Shown: piece after piece, positions 62,341 through 64,000 of the stretch
How the letters are laid out: each line of letters starts with the position of its first letter
Position numbering within the stretch: the first letter of the stretch is position 1
Assembly: GCA_964016885.1 (NCBI GenBank)
Contig: OZ024741.1
Span: forward strand, 31,930,001-31,994,000
Reading direction: 5' to 3'
Length of the DNA: 64,000 nt
From: Eledone cirrhosa
Lineage: Eukaryota
Position numbers and translations under genes: made by a program
The notes under the pieces: model-generated
Seen by the model: the letters and a program-made list of their open reading frames with translations, nothing else
Told to the model about the DNA's origin: nothing
The model's database searches: none

Positions 62341-64000
62341 CACCAGTATCGTCAAGATACCTCACTCTGACACCAACACCAGTATCGTCAAGATACCTCA
62401 CCCTGACACCAACACCAGTATCGTCAAGATACCTCACTCTGACACCAACACCAGTATCGTCAAGATACCTCACCCTGACACCAACACCAGTATCGTCAAG
62501 ATACCTCACTCTGACAACATCACCAATATCGTCAAGATACCTCACTCTGACAACATCACCAATATCGTCAAGATACCTCACTCTGACACCAACCCCAGTA
62601 TCGTCAAGATACCTCACTCTGACACCAACACCAGTATCGTCAAGATACCTCACTCTGACACCAACACCAGTATCGTCAGGATACCTCACTCTGACACCAA
62701 CACCAGTATCGTCAAGATACCTCACTCTGACACCAACACCAGTATCGTCAAGATACCTCACTCTGACAACATCTGCAGTATCGTCAAGATACCTAACTCT
62801 GACACCAACACCAGTATCGTCAAGATACCTCACTCTGACAACATCACCAGTATCGTCAAGATACCTCACTCTGACACCAACACCAGTATCGTCAAGATAC
62901 CTCAACCTGACACCAACACCAGTATCGTCAAGATACCTCACTCTGACACCAACACCAGTATCGTCAAGATACCTCACTCTGACAACATCACCAATATCGT
63001 CAAGATACCTCACTCTGACAACATCACCAATATCGTGAAGATACCTCACTCTGACACCAACACCAGTATCGTCAAGATACCTCACTCTGACACCAATACC
63101 AGTATCGTCAAGATACCTCACTCTGACACCAACACCAGTATCGTCAAGATACCTCACTCTGACACCAACACCAGTATCGTCAAGATACCTCACTCTGACA
63201 ACATCACCAGTATCGTCAAGATACCTCACCCTGACACCAACACCAGTATCGTCAAGATAACTCACTCTGACACCAACACCAGTATCGTCAAGATACCTCA
63301 CCCTGACACCAACACCAGTATCGTCAAGATACCTCACTCTGACACCAACACCAGTATCGTCAAGATACCTCACCCTGACACCAACACCAGTATCGTCAGG
63401 ATACCTCACCCTCACACCAACACCAGTATCGTCAGGATACCTCACTCTGACACCAACCCCAGTATCGTCAAGATACATAACTCTGACACCAACACCAGTA
63501 TCGTCAAGATACCTCACTCTGACACCAACCCCAGTATCGTCAAGATACCTCACTCTGACACCAACACCAGTATCGTCAAGATACCTCACTCTGACACCAA
63601 CACCAGTATCGTCAAGATACATAACTCTGACACCAACACCAGTATCGTCAAGATACCTCACTCTGACACCAACACCAGTATCGTCAAGATACCTCACTCT
63701 GACAACATCACCAATATCGTCAAGATACCTCACTCTGACAACATCACCAATATCGTCAAGATACCTCACTCTGACAACATCACCAGTATCGTCAAGATAT
63801 CTCACTCTGACACCAACACCAGTATCGTTAAGATACCTCACTCTGACAACATCACCAGTATGGTCAGGATACCTCACTCTGACACCAACACCAGTATCGT
63901 CAAGATACCTCACTCTGACAACATCACCAGTATCGTCAAGATATCTCACTCTGACACCAACACCAGTATCGTCAAGATACCTCACTCTGACAACATCACC

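Larger units (their letters stand above)
43498..63985 (-). other. Very long stop-free reading frame of the repeat, (VRVRYLDDTGVG)n, split only by a 1-bp insertion at 57043; probably not a gene
   Basis: ORF track entries 43498..57063 and 57023..63985. The frame is open in the consensus unit. No non-repeat domain, start context or splice signal is visible. Confidence refers to it being translated. Confidence 0.1.
1..64000. repeat. Tandem satellite array, 36-bp monomer CACCAACACCAGTATCGTCAAGATACCTCACTCTGA, about 1778 copies, running off both window ends
   Basis: The unit is read directly at 1-36 and recurs in the same orientation to 64000. Most copies differ from consensus by 0-3 substitutions. 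A unit start at 63991 fits 1778 units with a net -18 bp from 21 deletions and 3 insertions. Consensus composition is A12 C13 G4 T7 (47% GC). Confidence 0.99.
43530..64000 (+). other. Codon-antisense stop-free frame (TNTSIVKIPHSD)n; probably not a gene
   Basis: ORF track 45934..57078 starts at a variant GTG only. By eye the frame has no substitution-derived stop, but only 1 of 108 single substitutions of the unit (AAG to TAG) could create one. Confidence refers to it being translated. Confidence 0.12.
45300..64000. repeat. Right subfamily domain: no deletion monomers, own diagnostic variants
   Basis: Variants ATCGTGAAG (10 copies, 45934-63035), ACCAATACC, ATCGTAAAG, CCCTCACACC, CAGCATCG, GACACTAAC and ATCTGCAG were seen only here. 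The only indel is a T insertion at 57043. The left boundary is approximate. Confidence 0.88.

Noticed and set aside
1-64000. CRISPR array (36-bp repeat with a short hairpin)
   Set aside because: Units abut directly with no unique spacers, and no leader or cas gene is present.
1-64000. Absence of stops as proof of purifying selection
   Set aside because: Single-step stop opportunities per unit are 1, 3 and 6 of 108 for the three open frames, and the distinct stop variants I saw were 0, 2 and about 4. That is proportional to opportunity.
1-64000. Sequencing concatemer or rolling-circle artefact, or a synthetic construct
   Set aside because: Variants recur in nested duplications of different periods, with private differences between copies and an almost indel-free profile. 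This fits natural array evolution, although misassembly of individual blocks is not excluded.
1-64000. Mobile element, RNA gene, promoter or terminator hidden in the array
   Set aside because: No non-repeat segment was seen, and the unit phase count accounts for every base.
1-64000. Selenoprotein-like periodic TGA readthrough or G-quadruplex array
   Set aside because: No SECIS-sized stem-loop or unique 3' region is present. The minus-strand consensus has only GG runs, not GGG tracts.

Overview
The whole 64-kb window is one uninterrupted head-to-tail tandem array (satellite or giant minisatellite) of a 36-bp unit, consensus CACCAACACCAGTATCGTCAAGATACCTCACTCTGA. There is no unique sequence, spacer, inversion or recognisable gene. 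Phase bookkeeping is self-consistent: 1778 units plus 10 bp, with 21 one-base deletions (35-bp units, GTCAAATACC) and 3 one-base insertions (36x1778-18=63990). All listed ORFs come from three frames that are stop-free in the consensus: + TNTSIVKIPHSD, + TPTPVSSRYLTL and - VRVRYLDDTGVG. Stop codons occur roughly in proportion to mutational opportunity, so I do not call a gene. The real structure is in the pattern of variant units: irregular kb-scale higher-order duplications (431, 1584, 1979, 2159, 2268, 3096, 4176, 5003 and about 9.8-11.9 kb periods) and a switch of subfamily near 43.5-45.9 kb. Left of the switch the array carries frameshifted units; right of it there are about 20 kb with only one singleton indel. 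I found no protein-based novel system; the coding, telomeric and methylation ideas below are hypotheses. Host and genomic context cannot be determined from this window. Variant positions were read by eye.
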